NCBI RefSeq assembly: GCF_004010195.1
Contig: NC_057719.1
Location: 83,843,270-83,863,269 of the forward strand
DNA from: Chiloscyllium plagiosum
Taxonomy: Eukaryota
Length of the DNA: 20,000 bases
Reading direction: 5' to 3'
Shown here: piece by piece, positions 1 through 9,525 of the stretch
Position numbering within the stretch: position 1 is the first letter of the stretch
Layout: every line of letters begins with the position of its first letter
Translations under genes and position numbers: made by a program
The notes under the pieces: model-generated
Databases searched by the model: none
What the model saw: only the letters and a program-made list of their open reading frames with translations
Told to the model about the DNA's origin: nothing

Positions 1-150
1 GCAAGATACGGTATGAGCTAAGGCATGGACAGCAGAGCTTTGGATGCATGTGGGAGATCAAGTAGCCACTGAGATAATCGAGTATCAAGCAACAAAGGCA
101 TAGATGAGGGTTTCAAACAGCAGATGAGTGGAGACAATGGCGGAGGCAGG
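1..150 (-). mobile_element. L2-clade LINE ORF2 C-terminal fragment, decayed
   Basis: The minus strand reads gaaaccctcatctatgcctttgtt...ctcgattat (ETLIYAFV..LDY), like the L2 motif ETLIHAFVTSRLDY. Confidence 0.65.
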
Positions 151-339
151 TTCAGACTCAGGCTAGAGAGAATATGGAACTTATAGCTTTGACACATATA
201 CAAGGAATGCATATAGTGCACGCGCGCACACACACCATTTGTTTGTGCTGGTCTAATCATGGCATTATGCTCCATGACAACTCCTCCCATGATACCTTAC
301 CCCACCTTACTTTCATAATTGTTTATTTTTAGTGTCCTT

Positions 340-565
340 AACTGCTTATTCAATTTCTCTTTAAATGCCTTGACGTGATTCACTTCAACTATTCCTTGTG
401 ATAGCAAGTTTCACATTCTATTCATTCTCTGGCTTTCTCTTGAATTCCCTTTTGGGGTTATTAGCGATTGCTTTATATTTATCGACCCATCCCATATGAG
501 AAAAAATTCTTCCCCACACCTGTCCTATCAAAATCCTTCCATCAGTTCGAAAGAGAGACCTAACC
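340..565 (-). mobile_element. Old CR1/L2-type LINE 3' fragment
   Basis: Resembles the reverse complement of the shark LINE 3' ORF2 end (cacttcaactattccttgtgatagcaagtttcacattct); highly diverged. Confidence 0.5.
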
Positions 566-594
566 TGTTAAAACATTTTCTTATAGTCGTTTAA

Positions 595-1298
595 TTGGCA
601 GCTTGATATATACATGAGGGAGAAGGGAACATGAGTGACATGTAAGCAGACCGGGACGAGGGAACTAGAGTGACAGGACTGGTGTGGACTACAACACTGG
701 CACAGAGTAGTCATGCCCCGTTCCCTCAACAAGATCTTCCGGTAAGCTGGCAACAAAGTCCGATGCTCCAGCTGGAATTCTTTGCTCGGACCCATTCTTT
801 TCCTCCCTCTTTCCTCCCTTCTCCTGGCCTCTGAAGAGAGGGGATGGTGGTCAGCAATCAGAGGCAGGGACACCAGTGACCAGGGGCCCAGTGCGGGAGC
901 ATGGCAGCAGCAAGCAATCAGAGGTCCCCTCTGATTGAAGGTCCTTGCTCTGGTCTGCAGTGGACGGCCCTTGGACAGAGATGGTGACGTTTGTCTTTTT
1001 AACTTCTTGTCTTTCAGACCTATGGTTATACTGCTGTCATGTAACATTTTTCCTTATTTCTCTAGTCTGTAACTAAGGATTGTACCTAGATATTCATAAC
1101 CTAAGATGGCGCTGTGCGTTGGTGACATTGTGACAACTATAACAAATCTGTAATAAGAAGCTGGAGCTGGGTAATTTTTTTTAATCTAAGATGGCGCTGT
1201 AAGTGGCAACTTATCAACTTCTCACTGCACTCATTTGAGTACATGTGACAATAAAGCTAATTCAATTCATCAAATGACCTGTTTCTATGCTGCAGATC
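595..1298 (+). mobile_element. CR1-type LINE 3' end (about 595-711 and 1272-1298) split by an insertion
   Basis: gatatatacatgagggagaaggga...tggtgtggactacaacactggcacagagtagt resumes after the insert as caaatgacctgtttctatgctg, the typical shark CR1 terminal motif. Confidence 0.55.
712..1271 (+). mobile_element. Unclassified non-coding retroposon with LINE-like 3' tail
   Basis: It interrupts a CR1 tail and ends in the hairpin TGCACTCA-TT-TGAGTACA (1226-1243), AATAAA (1250-1255) and (ATTCA)2. Confidence 0.45.
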
Positions 1299-1591
1299 CT
1301 AAGTATCAGTTGTGATTACAGCCTGGCAACACATAATCTCGGCTGGCGCCGGCAGATACCTGGTGCAATGTACTCCTGTAAGACAAAGCTGTAGAGAGGA
1401 GGTAGTCTACAATTGTGTAGGTTGTGTACCATAGGCATTCAAAACCTTCAGTCCACAATCAACATGGTTTGGAGGGCCATGTCTGTTAAAGTCTGATCAG
1501 CCTGACTTTTTGTATATTGAAAATTAGAAACAATTGATTGGGAGGTTGACGGGAGGTGCATTTATCAATAATCAATTCAGCTTTATCATGT

Positions 1592-1950
1592 GGGCAGCAC
1601 GGAGGCTCAGGGGTTAGCCAGTGCCTAATCTAATCTACATAGTTGTCCAAGGCAGGATTCGAACCCGGGTTCCTGGCACTGTGAGGCAGCAGTGCTAACC
1701 CCTGGAGTTTGCACATTTTCCCTGTATCTGCTTGGGTTTCCTCTGGGTGCGCCAGTTTCCTCCCACAGTCCAAAGATGTGCAGCTCAGGTGAGCTGGCCG
1801 CGCTAAATTGACCATAGTGTTAGGTGCATTAGTCAGGGGTAAATATAGTGTAGGGAATGGGTCTGGCTGGGTTACTCTTCAGAGGGCTGGTGTGGACCTG
1901 TTGGGCCAAATGGCTTGATTCCATACATGTAGGGAATCCTAATCAAATCA
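1592..1950 (+). mobile_element. HE1 tRNA-derived SINE with internally inverted tRNA head
   Basis: Starts GGGCAGCACGGAGGCTCAG; body GGAGTTTGCACATT...CAGTCCAAAGATGTGCAG; 3' end GGGCCAAATGG...GTAGGGAATC. Segment about 1637-1704 is reverse-complemented. Confidence 0.9.
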
Positions 1951-1964
1951 TGTACTCCACTCTG

Positions 1965-2850
1965 TAAACAGTAAACTTATCTCTCAGAAACTGGCATTAT
2001 ATCAGCAACATGGAGAAAGCCACCAACATGAACTCCTGTTGAGTTATGACATTTTCAGGCCTGTGATCAATGTTAGAGTTGAAATTTCTGGCCTCAGAGC
2101 TTTTCTGGATTACCCAAACTTTAGTAATTTGGATAAGTCCTTAGTTGCAGCCAACAACTTTGCCTGGAATCTTTCACTGTTTGAAGGCAGGGAACTTACA
2201 AAGCCACCACATGTGTCTGACAGAATGGAGGTGATTGGGTTATCTGCTGCTATTGTCAATTAAGCAGAGAGATTGGACTGTACGTAGTACCACATAATTT
2301 GTGCATTTGACAATCTTTCACTTACTGCATATTACTGTAGAAATCACCCTTGCTTTTGTTGGGAAACGTTACTGCAACCTCAGTGATACCTTCTGCTTGC
2401 TATCATTCACACAGATTGCTTGCTGGTATATGTCCTGACATCAAGTCCTATACTGCCTCCAACTCACAGAGGACACAATAATGACAATAAATCCTATGGT
2501 AGGAAATGCTATTCTGCCCAAGAGCCACATCACAAGCTGCAAGTCTCAAGCAATGTCTTTGCAAGTAAAGAGCTGAGTTTTGTGACCTCTCAGTTCCCGA
2601 CATTTAAGAGTCAATACCTGCAGAGTTTCAGTGCAAACAACAAGGACATGGTACTGTAAAGAGCAGCCCATGCAGAGGGATCCATTAGCAACGTGCACCA
2701 GGCACTATGATAGCAGCACCAGAACAAGCAGCAGTTTTGTAGGCGTCTGTAATGGTGGCTCCCACAACCAATACTCCACAATCACAGAATGGATATGCTA
2801 CAGAAGGAGAGCATCCAGCCTGTTGTCTGTGTGCTGGCCCTCTGCAAGAG
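1965..2850 (+). mobile_element. Putative highly decayed Ty3/Gypsy pol remnant (RT connection, RNase H and downstream linker)
   Basis: One frame with 3 stops shows ordered motifs LRAFL..PNFS..L...F.W..FE..LTKPP, D...GLSAAI, HIICAF..SLT, W-x8-YL and HTDCLLVYVLTS......HR; compare Gypsy TDNNPLTYVLTSAKLDATGHR. Confidence 0.5.
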
Positions 2851-3340
2851 CAACTTAGCTGGTTGCACCCACTCGCACTTTCCTCGCAACTCTGAACATT
2901 TTTTCTCTTTAGATTATTGTTCAATTCCCTTTTTGAAAACCATGTTTAAATCTGCCTCTACCACACTCTTAGGCAGATCCTAACCTGTTGCTGTGTCAAA
3001 AGAAAATCTTTCAATACCACCACAGGTTCGTTTGCCAATCTCCTTATATCAGTGCTATTTGATTCTCAGTGCTTCCGCCAATGGCAAGTTTCTCCCTATC
3101 TACTTTGTTTCACAAGAGATTATTGAGTCAAAGCATTTGACGCATGATTTTGAACAATCTCAGGAAGATGACCCTCTTTCCCCGCCTCCCCAGGCTATCC
3201 ACATAACTGACATATCTCATCTCTGGAACCATTCTCTCTAAAATGTTCACATCCTTATAAAAGTGTGGTATCCAGAATTGAGTGTAAGATGCAGGTTAAT
3301 GCCAAACCAATGAATCTATCCTGCAATTTCATCGTGCACG

Positions 3341-4584
3341 TATAAGACCATCGGATAGGATATAGGAGTAGAATTAGGCCCATCGAGTCTGATCCACCAT
3401 TTAATCATGGCTGATATGTTTCTCAATCCCATTCTCCTGCTTTCTCACTCTAACCCTGATCCCCTCGGTAATGAAGAACCTATCTTATTTCGGTCTTAAA
3501 TACACTCAATGATTTGGCCTCCACGGCCTTCTGTAGCAATAAGGTCTGGCTGAAGAAATTCCTCCTCATTTCGGTTCTAAAATATCATCCCTTCGCCTTG
3601 AGGCTGTGTCATAGCCTCTCCTACTTATGGAAACATCTTCTCCACATCCACTCTATCCAGGCCTCTCAGTATTCTTTAAGTTTCGATGAGATTCTCCCTC
3701 CCATCCTTCTCAACTCCATTAAGTACAGGCCCAGAGTCCTCAACCATTCCTCACATAACAAGCTCTTCATTCCCGGGATCATTCATGTAAATCTCCTCTG
3801 GATTTCCCACCCCCTCCAACGCCAGCATATCCTTCCTTAGATACAGGGCTCAAGATTGCTCACAACATGCCAAATGCAGTCTGACCAGTGCCTTAAAAAG
3901 CGTTGGCAGGATATCTCTGCTCTTGTTTTCTAACCCTCTTGAAATTAATGCTAACACTGCATTCGCCTTCCAACTGCCAAGTGAACCTGCATGTTGACCT
4001 TAAAAGAATCCTGAACTAGATATCCCAAGTCCCTTTATGCTTTTGGTTTCCAAAGCCTTTCCTCACTTAAAAAAAAAGTCTACATTCTATTCTTCCGACC
4101 ATAACCTCGAACTTCCCACATTGTGTTCCATTTGCCACTTCTTTACCCATTCTCTTCGTCTGACCATGTCATTCTACAACCTCCACATTTCCTTACTACT
4201 ACTTTCCTCCATCTATCTTGGTATTACTTGCAAACTTAACAACAACGTACTCAGTTCCTTTGTCCAAATCATTAATGTATAACGTGAATAGTGGTGGTCT
4301 CAAGACTGATCCTTGCAGAATTCTACTAGAAACCTGCTGCCATCCTGAAAAAGATTCCTTTTTTCCCCATTCTCTGCCTTCTTCTGTCAGCCAGCCAATC
4401 CTCTATCCATGCCAGTACCTTGCCCCTAACACCGTGGGCTCTTAATTTATATCACAGCTTCCTGTGCAGCAGCTTGTCAAAGACCTTCTGGAAATCCAAA
4501 CACATCACATCCACTGGCTCTCCTTTGTCTAACTTGCTCATTACCTCCTCAAAGAATTCTAACAGATTTGTCAGGCATGACCTC
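3341..4584 (-). mobile_element. CR1 LINE (shark HER1-like), 5'-truncated RT C-terminal half plus 3' tail
   Basis: Tail ataggagtagaattaggcccatcgagtctg. Minus-strand RT motifs DVMCLDFQKVFDK (about 4475-4512) and a GSVL..LLFTLYINDLD-type segment. Confidence 0.9.
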
Positions 4585-4940
4585 CGTTGTTTCAGATCTC
4601 TCTGTTCTGGCACTCCATTTACATTGTGTCCTTTATTTTAAATCTGCTCTCATTTCCCCAGCAAATTGAATCACTTCTGTACTAAACTTTTCTGTACTAA
4701 ACTTAGTATGTCAGGTGTTCATCCATTCCACCAGCTTTTCACTATCCCCTTCACAGCTCACCATACCTCCAAGCTTTGCGTCATCTGCAAATTTTCAAAG
4801 TGTGTCCCAAAATATACACACATTTTTGTGCATCAAACAGTAGCCCCAGTGCCAATGCCTGGGCAAAACCAGTGTATGCATTTCTGTATCTGAAAAATAA
4901 CCATTTTACCACCACATTCTGCATCCTTACATTCAGCTAA

Positions 4941-5078
4941 CTCTAAAGGAGGGTTGCTGGTCTCTTAAATGCTTACCATGGTTTCTCTCCCACAAATTCT
5001 GCCAGACCTGCTGAGTTTCTACAGCAATTTCTCTTTTTCTTTGTTTCAGGTATCTGGCGTCCACAGTTCTCTGTTTGA
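4941..5078 (+). mobile_element. Old Penelope-like element terminal repeat fragment (second subfamily)
   Basis: ttctctcccacaaattctgccagacctgctgagtttctacagcaatttct...ttcaggtatctggcgtccacagtt parallels the pLTR core gctgcctgacctgctgtgcttttccagca...ccagcatctgcagt. Confidence 0.6.
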
Positions 5079-5227
5079 CTTTTGTATCCATGGACCCATT
5101 CTCCCTTTTATTCCATTGGTATTAACTTTGTAGCACTTCATTAAATGTCTTTTGGAAGTTCATGGACACCACAAAGTATATTACCCTCATCAACACTCTC
5201 TTCATCATTCCAACACCACACGTTTTG

Positions 5228-5375
5228 ACCCATTTAGGATTCAGATGAGGAAGAATTTCTACACTTACAGGGTAATTAATTTTTACAATCGCTATCCCAG
5301 ACAGCTGTGGAAGTTCAGTCGTCAAGTCAGTTTCAGACAAAAATTGACCAATTTCTAGTTACTAATTATACCAAG
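5228..5375 (+). mobile_element. CR1 LINE ORF2 C-terminal fragment
   Basis: Translates FRIQMRKNFYTYRVINFYN, compare CR1 FRTEMRRNFFTQRVVNLWN. Confidence 0.75.
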
Positions 5376-5387
5376 CATTGTAGCATC

Positions 5388-5850
5388 TGGTGGCTTAGTG
5401 GTTAGCACTGCTGCCTCACAGAGCCAGGGAACCGGGCTCGACTTCACCCTTGGGCGACTGCCTGCATGGAGTCTGCACACTCTCCGCATGTCTGCATGGG
5501 TTTCCTCCAGGTGCACTGGTATTCTGCCATTGTCCAAAGATGTGCAGATTAGGTGGAGGCTAGGCAGATTAGTGATGTGAAATGCAGGGTTTCAGGGACA
5601 GGGTGGGGGTTGAGAGGATGGGTAGGATGCTCTTTGGAAGAATTGATGGGCTAAATATCCTGCTTCATCATTTCCTGATGAAGGGCTTTTGCCTGAAATG
5701 TCGAATTTCCTGCTCCTTGGATGCTGTCTGACCTGCTGTGCTTTTCCAGCACCACTCTAATCTTGACACTGATCTCCAGCATCTGCAGTACCCACTTTCG
5801 CCTGAATGTCCTGCTTCCACACTGCAGGGATTATATGATGTCATGATTCT
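5388..5850 (+). mobile_element. HE1-family SINE, interrupted by a PLE insertion
   Basis: A-box TGGCTTAGTGG, then TTAGCACTGCTGCCTCACAG and body GTCCAAAGATGTGCAGATTAGG; the tail cttccacactgcagggatt resumes after the insert. Confidence 0.85.
5667..5801 (+). mobile_element. Penelope-like solo pLTR with hammerhead motif and about 16-bp TSD
   Basis: CTGATGA-A-GGGC-TTTT-GCCT-GAAA-TGTC at 5675-5702. Flanked by CTAAATATCCTGCTTC (5651-5666) and CTGAATGTCCTGCTTC (5802-5817). Confidence 0.85.
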
Positions 5851-6375
5851 ATGATACGGGGATAGTGCAAGAATATGGTATTCAGGTAGATGTTTGGCCA
5901 GTACTAAGGGGTTGAGACCTAGTCCTGTGTTCCAATGTGTTCCTACCCCTGCAGTTTTGATGCTGGAGCTACCAAAGACACGACGGGCTAAATTTCCGCC
6001 TTCTCCCCTGAAAGACTGCCATTCTGAGATAATGCACCCACAGTTTATTATTACAGGATTCAGTGCCTTTAAAATGGGGCATAATGATGTCTTTCTGGTT
6101 TCGTAACACTCATTTAAACCTAATGAATGTGCTGTTGTGAATGTGGTGCATAAACAGGAACCCGGTCTGAGTGAGAATGAACTAGCACATCCTGACAGCT
6201 TATCGCAATCTACGCTCAAAAGCTTTTCTCAGCTCTGGCTCCTGACAACTCGTCACTTTGCGCTCGCCTATCTCCCCCTGTGAATGAGTTCATGAAAGTC
6301 ATGTGGCAACCCACAATGAGAAGTGGCTTTACTTCTTCTGCCTCTATCCTGGCTCTCAGCTGCTGTGAACTTTAC

Positions 6376-6494
6376 CTGCCTGCGGTGGTAGTCCAGATAC
6401 TGCACGATGAGTCGGGTGTTGACACTGTGACTCCATGTGTTCCCGAGAGCTGCAGTTGCGTAGCTTGTTTCTCCATCAGGACTTATCCCGCAAT
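6376..6494 (-). CDS. RAD51B: RAD51 paralog B internal coding exon (equivalent to human exon 9), 119 bp, phase 1 to phase 0
   Basis: Minus strand: pyrimidine tract ttttctgtgctctgcctttgcAG | ATTGCGGG...CGCAGGCAG | GTaaag. It translates (x)CGISPDGETSYATAALGNTWSHSVNTRLIVQYLDYHRRQ, matching recalled human RAD51B ...SSCVIAALGNTWSHSVNTRLILQYLDSERRQ, with the same 3' boundary after RRQ. Confidence 0.95.
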
Positions 6495-6580
6495 CTGCAA
6501 AGGCAGAGCACAGAAAACAATTCAATAGAAGCCAAATAAACATGCTTTACATTTTAACATATCCTAACTCCTCATTTCTT

Positions 6581-7033
6581 AGAATCGTATAATCCATATA
6601 GTGCAGAGAGAGGCTGTTTGGCCCATTGAGTCTGCACTGATCCTCTGAAGAGCATCCTATTCAGGCAAAAGTGAGGACTGCAAATGCTGGAAATCAGAGT
6701 CCAGATTAGAGTGGTGCTGGATGAAGGGCTGACGAAGGGCTTTTGCCCGAAACGTCGATTTTCCTGCTCCTCGGATGCCGCCTGACCTGCTGTGCTTTTC
6801 CAGCACCATTCTAATCTAGCATCTTATTCCTGTAAACCAACACTTTCCACGGCTAATCCACCTAGTGTAAGCATCCCTGAACACTATGGGCAATTTATCA
6901 CGACCAACCTGCCTAACGTGCACATCTTTAGACTGCAGGAGGAAACCCATGCAAACTCCACATCGACAGTAACCTGAGGCTGGAATTGAACCAGGGTCCC
7001 CGGGACAGTGAGGCAGCAGTGCCAACAACTGAG
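6581..7033 (-). mobile_element. HE1-family SINE, interrupted by a PLE insertion
   Basis: Reverse-complement B-box (ggaattgaacc), gtgaggcagcagtgcca, catccctgaacactatgggcaattta, and a 3' end at ggcccattgagtctgcac. Confidence 0.85.
6663..6817. mobile_element. Penelope-like inverted pLTR insertion with 12-bp TSD
   Basis: A minus-strand pLTR end (6663-6720) is joined to a plus-strand pLTR from the hammerhead core (CTGACGA at 6729). TSD AGCATCCTATTC (6651-6662) / AGCATCTTATTC (6818-6829). Confidence 0.85.
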
Positions 7034-7154
7034 TTTCTTTTATTTTGTGCTGGGGATAAGAGAACAAGGCACTTTTCAGATAAGACACCCAGTGTGAATA
7101 TCAAGCACATCCAATGTCATACATGAATAGGTTAAATGCAGAGGAAAGGAAGAA

Positions 7155-7392
7155 GGAACTTCCATTTACATCTTGTCTTTTAATCAATTCAGCACTCCAC
7201 AAACACTTCATAAACAATTAACACTTTTTTTTGAACTGCAGTTACTTTGTAGGAAAATTGGAGCAGCCAATTTGTGCAGAACAAGCTGTAACAATGTGGT
7301 AATGACCAGCAAATTTGTGTAATTAGGTGCTAATTGAAGGATAAATATTGGCCAGGACATCGGTACAAGCTCTCCTGCTGTTCATCAAATAG
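7155..7392 (-). mobile_element. DeuSINE (SacSINE1/AmnSINE1-related Deu domain) fragment
   Basis: gcagccaatttgtgcagaacaagct...aatgtggtaatgaccag...ttgaaggataaatattggccaggaca...ctcctgctgttc matches the recalled Deu-domain consensus on its reverse strand. Confidence 0.75.
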
Positions 7393-7569
7393 AACAACAA
7401 CTTGCAATCCCAGACAAGCATATCTACCATAGGTTTCTAGAAGGTTAGAGTTCGAGACCTACCTGCACCAGAAGTGTTTTGCACCATGTCCAAACAGGTC
7501 TGCCATTTAAATAACTTTGGTTCACGAGCAGTCATACCTTTCAGATTAAGCAATTTACAACTGATCAAC

Positions 7570-9035
7570 GGACAGGGACAGGTGGGTGAGACTGCACGTC
7601 GGGCAGGTACGGGGATCCAACGTATAGTGGTGGAGGGACCTTAGCTCTTGACTCTAACCAGCACATATGTGGTTCTTGCTGCATGTGTTCACGAGAATAA
7701 AGATTGCAGGGTGATTGAGTAGACTGAGCATGGTGCGGGTCAAACAGGTAAATGAAAATACATGTGGCAGTTAAGGTTAGGTGAAGGTATAATTAAGGAG
7801 GAGAGACACCGTTTCTCTGCAGGTGCGATTTGGAATTCTGAACTCTATCCGATGCTAGGGTTAGGGACATCTCCCTGCAGCTGGAAACAAACTGGCTGAG
7901 GGAGGGGTCCAGTTGCTGAGAGTCCATATAAGAATCAATGATATAAATAGACCTAGGAATGATGACAGAGTTTAAGTAGTTACGGTCCAGTTTAAAATGC
8001 AGAGCCTCAAAAACAATCGTCGCTGGATTTTTACCTGCACCATAAATCGAATGGCATAAGATGAAACAGGTTGGAGGGTGACTACCAATGCGACAGGGAT
8101 GGTGCAATTTCGAATTATGCACTGGCAGCAGACTCAGGAACGAAAGTTGGAATGGATTTCACTTTAACTGAGCTGTGTCCTGGTGAATTGCATAGTCAAG
8201 GCAGTGGACAGAGCATTAAGCTGAATGAGGGAGGTGATTGAAGGGAAATTTAAACATCCAGAGAGAAAAGTAGAGGTAAGGAACAGTGTGGGTAAGGATA
8301 AGCAAAGTGAAATAGAAGGGTCAAATAGTAATGTCCATGCAAAGAACAGTATTAAAAAATTACATCTGAATGAATGAGAGATAGATAAACACGTGACACA
8401 AACAGAGATTAGATTGTAGGTTTAAATACAATCCCTCCCGACAGGGATATGGTTACAAGGTGACCAATTTTTGGAAATAACATTATCAGAGTATGCTACA
8501 GTTCAAAAAGGGAGACAGAACAACAAAGCAGGAGGGGTAGCTATTATAGTGAAGAATGACATGTGGATATTATGGAGAGAGAATCTTCTCCTGAGTTAGA
8601 ATCAGACTGGGGGAATGAGAAACAGCAACAGTCAGAAGCTTTGTGTGGAATTCGGTTACAGGCCACCTAACAGCATTCATGGCATGCGTTAGAGCATTCA
8701 ACAAGAAGTTATTGAAACTTGGGACAAAGGCAACATAATAATGGTGGGGGACTTTAATCCCCATATATGTGGGAGAAAGCAAATTGTCAAAGGTGACTTG
8801 AAAAATGAGTTTATGACAGTTCCCTTGAGCAATAGGTTCTCAGCTCAAGGGGTAAAGTTATTTTAAATTCAGTATTGCTTAACGTGGCAGAGATCATTCG
8901 TAATTGCATATCAAAAAATCTACTCGGCGATGGCGATTATAAGAAGTCTGTCTTTCATATAAATGTTGGAAAGTGACATTATAAACACAAATGAGAATCT
9001 GAAAGTCAATTGTATAGGTTTGAGGGGAGAACTAA
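7570..9035 (+). mobile_element. Old CR1 LINE 5' part: ORF1 SGNH esterase and ORF2 APE endonuclease, decayed
   Basis: PDARVRDISLQLE (about 7848) and DGLH-like GFHFN (about 8154); APE motifs WLQGDQ, GGVAIIVKND, YRPPNS and IIMVGDFN (8448-8760). Confidence 0.8.
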
Positions 9036-9038
9036 ATA

Positions 9039-9165
9039 GACGAAGAGCTTATGCTCAAAACGTTGACTCTTCTGCCCTTCAGGCGCTGCCAGACCGGGTG
9101 TGCTTTTCCGGCACCAAATTCTTTGACGCAGATCTCCAGCATCTGCAGTCCTCACTTTCTCCCTG
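9039..9165 (+). mobile_element. Penelope-like pLTR fragment with 5'-truncated hammerhead
   Basis: gacga-a-GAGC-TTAT-GCTC-aaaacgtt...ccagcatctgcagtcctcactttctcc. Confidence 0.8.
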
Positions 9166-9525
9166 CTCAAAAATTTATCTTTGCCTTAAAAAACATACAT
9201 CAAGGTAGCCTCAACTGCTTCACTGGGCAGGGAATTCCACAGATTCAAAACCCTGTGGGAGAAGAGGTTCCTCCTCAATTCAGTCCTAAATTCGCTCTCC
9301 CTTATTTCGAGGCTATGCCCCCTAGTTCTAGTTGAACCCACCAGGGGAAACAACCTCCCTGCCACTATCTTATCTATTCCCTTCATAATGTTATATGTTT
9401 CTACACAATCCTTCCTTATTCTTCTAAATTCTGATGAGTATGGTACCAGTCTACTCAATCTCTCCTCAATAGTCCTGCAAACGTCAACCTTCCCAACTCC
9501 AGAATCAACCAGTGCCAGTACAACC
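9166..9525 (-). mobile_element. CR1 LINE ORF2 C-terminal fragment
   Basis: ORF 9186-9458 contains TRTRGHSLEIRESEFRTELRRNLFSHRVLNLWNSLP. Confidence 0.9.

Larger units (their letters stand above)
2900..5215 (-). mobile_element. Old CR1 LINE RT/3' region, interrupted by a younger CR1 (3341-4584) and a PLE fragment (4941-5078)
   Basis: On the minus strand: KFADD-type motif (tttgcgtcatctgcaaattt, about 4775-4794), VVSMNFQKTFNEV (cf. VVYMDFQKAFDKV, about 5130-5170) and a CR1 3' end at 2900-3330. Confidence 0.7.

Noticed and set aside
216..235. Alternating purine-pyrimidine tract gtgcacgcgcgcacacacac
   Set aside because: Short decayed microsatellite; unremarkable.
568..1047. 159-aa minus-strand ORF
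   Set aside because: It spans a CR1 tail and a non-coding insert; no protein similarity recognised.
4675..4704. 15-bp tandem duplication ttctgtactaaactt
   Set aside because: Ordinary slippage within a dead CR1.
5668..6219. Longest ORF (183 aa, minus strand)
   Set aside because: It runs through antisense PLE and HE1 sequence, with no recognisable domain or convincing splice context.
6268..6543. 91-aa ORF as a stand-alone gene with a signal-peptide-like N-terminus
   Set aside because: The hydrophobic start is the translated polypyrimidine tract; only 6376-6494 is exon.
7420..7512. B-box-like GTTCGAGACC followed by catgtccaaacaggt
   Set aside because: Possibly a short SINE remnant, but too degenerate to call.
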